The position numbers and the translations under genes are program-made. Below, piece after piece: positions 15,467 through 16,800 of a stretch of DNA of 16,800 nucleotides. The notes below the pieces were generated by a model. The model worked only from the letters and a program-made list of their open reading frames with translations. It ran no database searches and had not been told where the DNA came from. This stretch comes from Granulicella sp. (lineage in GTDB: Bacteria > Acidobacteriota > Terriglobia > Terriglobales > Acidobacteriaceae), in assembly GCA_027339965.1 (NCBI GenBank), contig DAHWNL010000083.1, positions 1 to 16,800 of the forward strand. The letters are read 5' to 3'. Position 1 is the first letter of the stretch; every line of letters begins with the position of its first letter.

Positions 15467-16660
15467 ATGAGCGAATCGACACTTGCCGTCTCTGAAGAGG
15501 CTGTCACCGGCAGCCCTGTCTATAGCAAGACCAACCCCTACCTGGCCACCGTTTTGGTCAACGAGCATCTCACCAGCCCTGCTTCTGAAAAGGTGACGAT
15601 CCATGTTGAGCTTGAGCTGGCCGAGGGCATGACGTACACGCCGGGCGATGCGCTCGGGGTGGTGCCTACCTTCCGCGAAGAAGCCGTGACCGAGCTGCTG
15701 AAGGCGCTTGGTTTTGATGGTAGCGAAAAGGTGATTGAGCCTGTCAAAGGTACGCCGGGCAACCAGATCACCGTTCGCGAGGCCTTGACCTCAAAGCTGG
15801 GGATCGGCAAGCTGGCGCGTGGAGCGGTGAACCAGTACGCCAAGCTGGCGGGAGAGAATGTGCCGGCGGGTCTTCGTGCGCTTCTGGGGCCGGAGAACAA
15901 GGCGGCGCTGGAGGAGTATTGCTGGGGACGCGAATTTGTGGATCTGGTGACGGACTTTCCGGGAATCGTGAAGAACCCACAGGATCTGTTCAATATCTTG
16001 CAGCGTTTGATGCCGCGCCTTTACTCGATTGCGTCCAGTCAGCGGGCCCATCCCGGGCAGGTGCATTTGACGGTGCGCGTGGTCGCTTATAACGCACATG
16101 GAAAGGATCGTCAGGGAGTCTGTTCCGGATTGCTGGGCTTCCGGGCGCCGGTGGGCAGCAAGTTGCCTGTGTTCCTGGACACCAACGATCAATTCCGTCT
16201 ACCGGCCGATCCCAACACGCCTATCATCATGATCGGGCCGGGCACAGGCATTGCGCCCTTCCGCGCCTTTCTGGAGGAGCGTGAGGTTACCGGAGCCAAG
16301 GGCGACAACTGGCTGGTGTTTGGCGATCAGCGCATCGCCTCCGACTATCTGTACCGGGAGCAGTTTGAGGCCATGGAGAAGAAGGGCTTCCTGACCAAAC
16401 TGCAGACCGCGTTCTCTCGCGACCAGGCAAACAAGATTTACGTGCAGGATCGCCTGCGCGAGGCCAGCGACGAGCTGTTTGCGTGGCTGGAGCGCGGAGC
16501 GCACTTCTACGTGTGCGGTGACGCCAGCCGCATGGCCAAGGATGTCGAGCAGGTGCTGCTGGAGTCGATCGCCAAGGGCCTGAAAGGAACACCGGAGCAG
16601 GCTACCGAGTACCTGAAGAAGATGAAGGCGGAGCATCGCTACGAGCGAGATGTGTACTAG
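15467..16660 (+). CDS. Sulfite reductase flavoprotein (CysJ)-like FAD/NADPH module lacking the FMN flavodoxin domain
   Basis: YSKTNPYLA, YTPGDALG, PRLYSIASS, GVCSG, GPGTGIAPFRAF, AFSRDQ..KIYVQD, FYVCGDA.RMA and RYERDVY. It is only 397 aa and has no flavodoxin motif. Confidence 0.9.
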   Translation: MSESTLAVSEEAVTGSPVYSKTNPYLATVLVNEHLTSPASEKVTIHVELELAEGMTYTPGDALGVVPTFREEAVTELLKALGFDGSEKVIEPVKGTPGNQITVREALTSKLGIGKLARGAVNQYAKLAGENVPAGLRALLGPENKAALEEYCWGREFVDLVTDFPGIVKNPQDLFNILQRLMPRLYSIASSQRAHPGQVHLTVRVVAYNAHGKDRQGVCSGLLGFRAPVGSKLPVFLDTNDQFRLPADPNTPIIMIGPGTGIAPFRAFLEEREVTGAKGDNWLVFGDQRIASDYLYREQFEAMEKKGFLTKLQTAFSRDQANKIYVQDRLREASDELFAWLERGAHFYVCGDASRMAKDVEQVLLESIAKGLKGTPEQATEYLKKMKAEHRYERDVY

Positions 16661-16800
16661 AGCATTCTGCCAAATACGATAGATCTGTGGCGCAGAGCCG
16701 GAACCATCCCCTGGCATCTTCCGGGGTGATGAGTTTCAGCGCCTCGCCCGTGGCTTGATCGAGCAGCTCTTCGCTTCTTGCCTTGGCTTTGCGCAGGATG
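16602..16800 (-). CDS. IS630-family transposase C-terminus (partial; reads through the IS end, possibly degenerate)
   Basis: The frame from 16799 reads ILRKAKARSEELLDQATGEALKLITPEDARGWFRLC, like the IS630 LRKAxAR...ITPxDAxGWFxHC ending. The first in-frame stop is at 16604-16602. Confidence 0.7.
   Translation of the reverse strand, partial: ILRKAKARSEELLDQATGEALKLITPEDARGWFRLCATDLSYLAECSSTHLARSDAPPSSSSGTR
16658..16800 (-). mobile_element. Right end of an IS630-family insertion sequence (continues beyond the window)
   Basis: A transposase-like C-terminus runs into an end reading (C)TA|GAGCATTCTGCCAAA on the plus strand. IS630 elements target TA, often within CTAG. Confidence 0.8.

Noticed and set aside
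658..16660. A sulfur-scavenging system made of the DsrE-like protein, the sulfatase and the CysJ-like gene
   Set aside because: The three genes are separated by unrelated housekeeping operons and share no upstream motif that I could see.

Overview
Bacterial chromosomal window of high GC content. RpoA starting [10 protein letters not shown], the GroEL tail [11 protein letters not shown] and the general gene style suggest Acidobacteria (inference). In order: the 3' end of groEL with its terminator; a Tat-exported DsrE-like protein; an ABC-2/NatAB-type exporter pair; the minus-strand infA-rpmJ-rpsM-rpsK-rpsD-rpoA-rplQ cluster, which is detached from secY-adk-map and has long structured spacers; a divergent cassette of a hypothetical protein plus a Tat sulfatase; a ~200-nt fold-back element between convergent genes; a monofunctional proline dehydrogenase; a GT2 glycosyltransferase; sppA; an IHF/HU-family gene; a CysJ-like flavoprotein lacking its flavodoxin domain; and the end of an IS630-family element inserted at the TA of that gene's stop codon. 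Most of the window is housekeeping, and I found no clearly novel multi-gene system. The most unusual signals are non-coding. One is the fold-back element downstream of the proline dehydrogenase gene, one arm of which is complementary to that gene's own ribosome-binding site. The other is a 30-nt-periodic motif overlapping a LexA-box-like repeat between rpsK and rpsD. All structure and promoter calls were made by eye.
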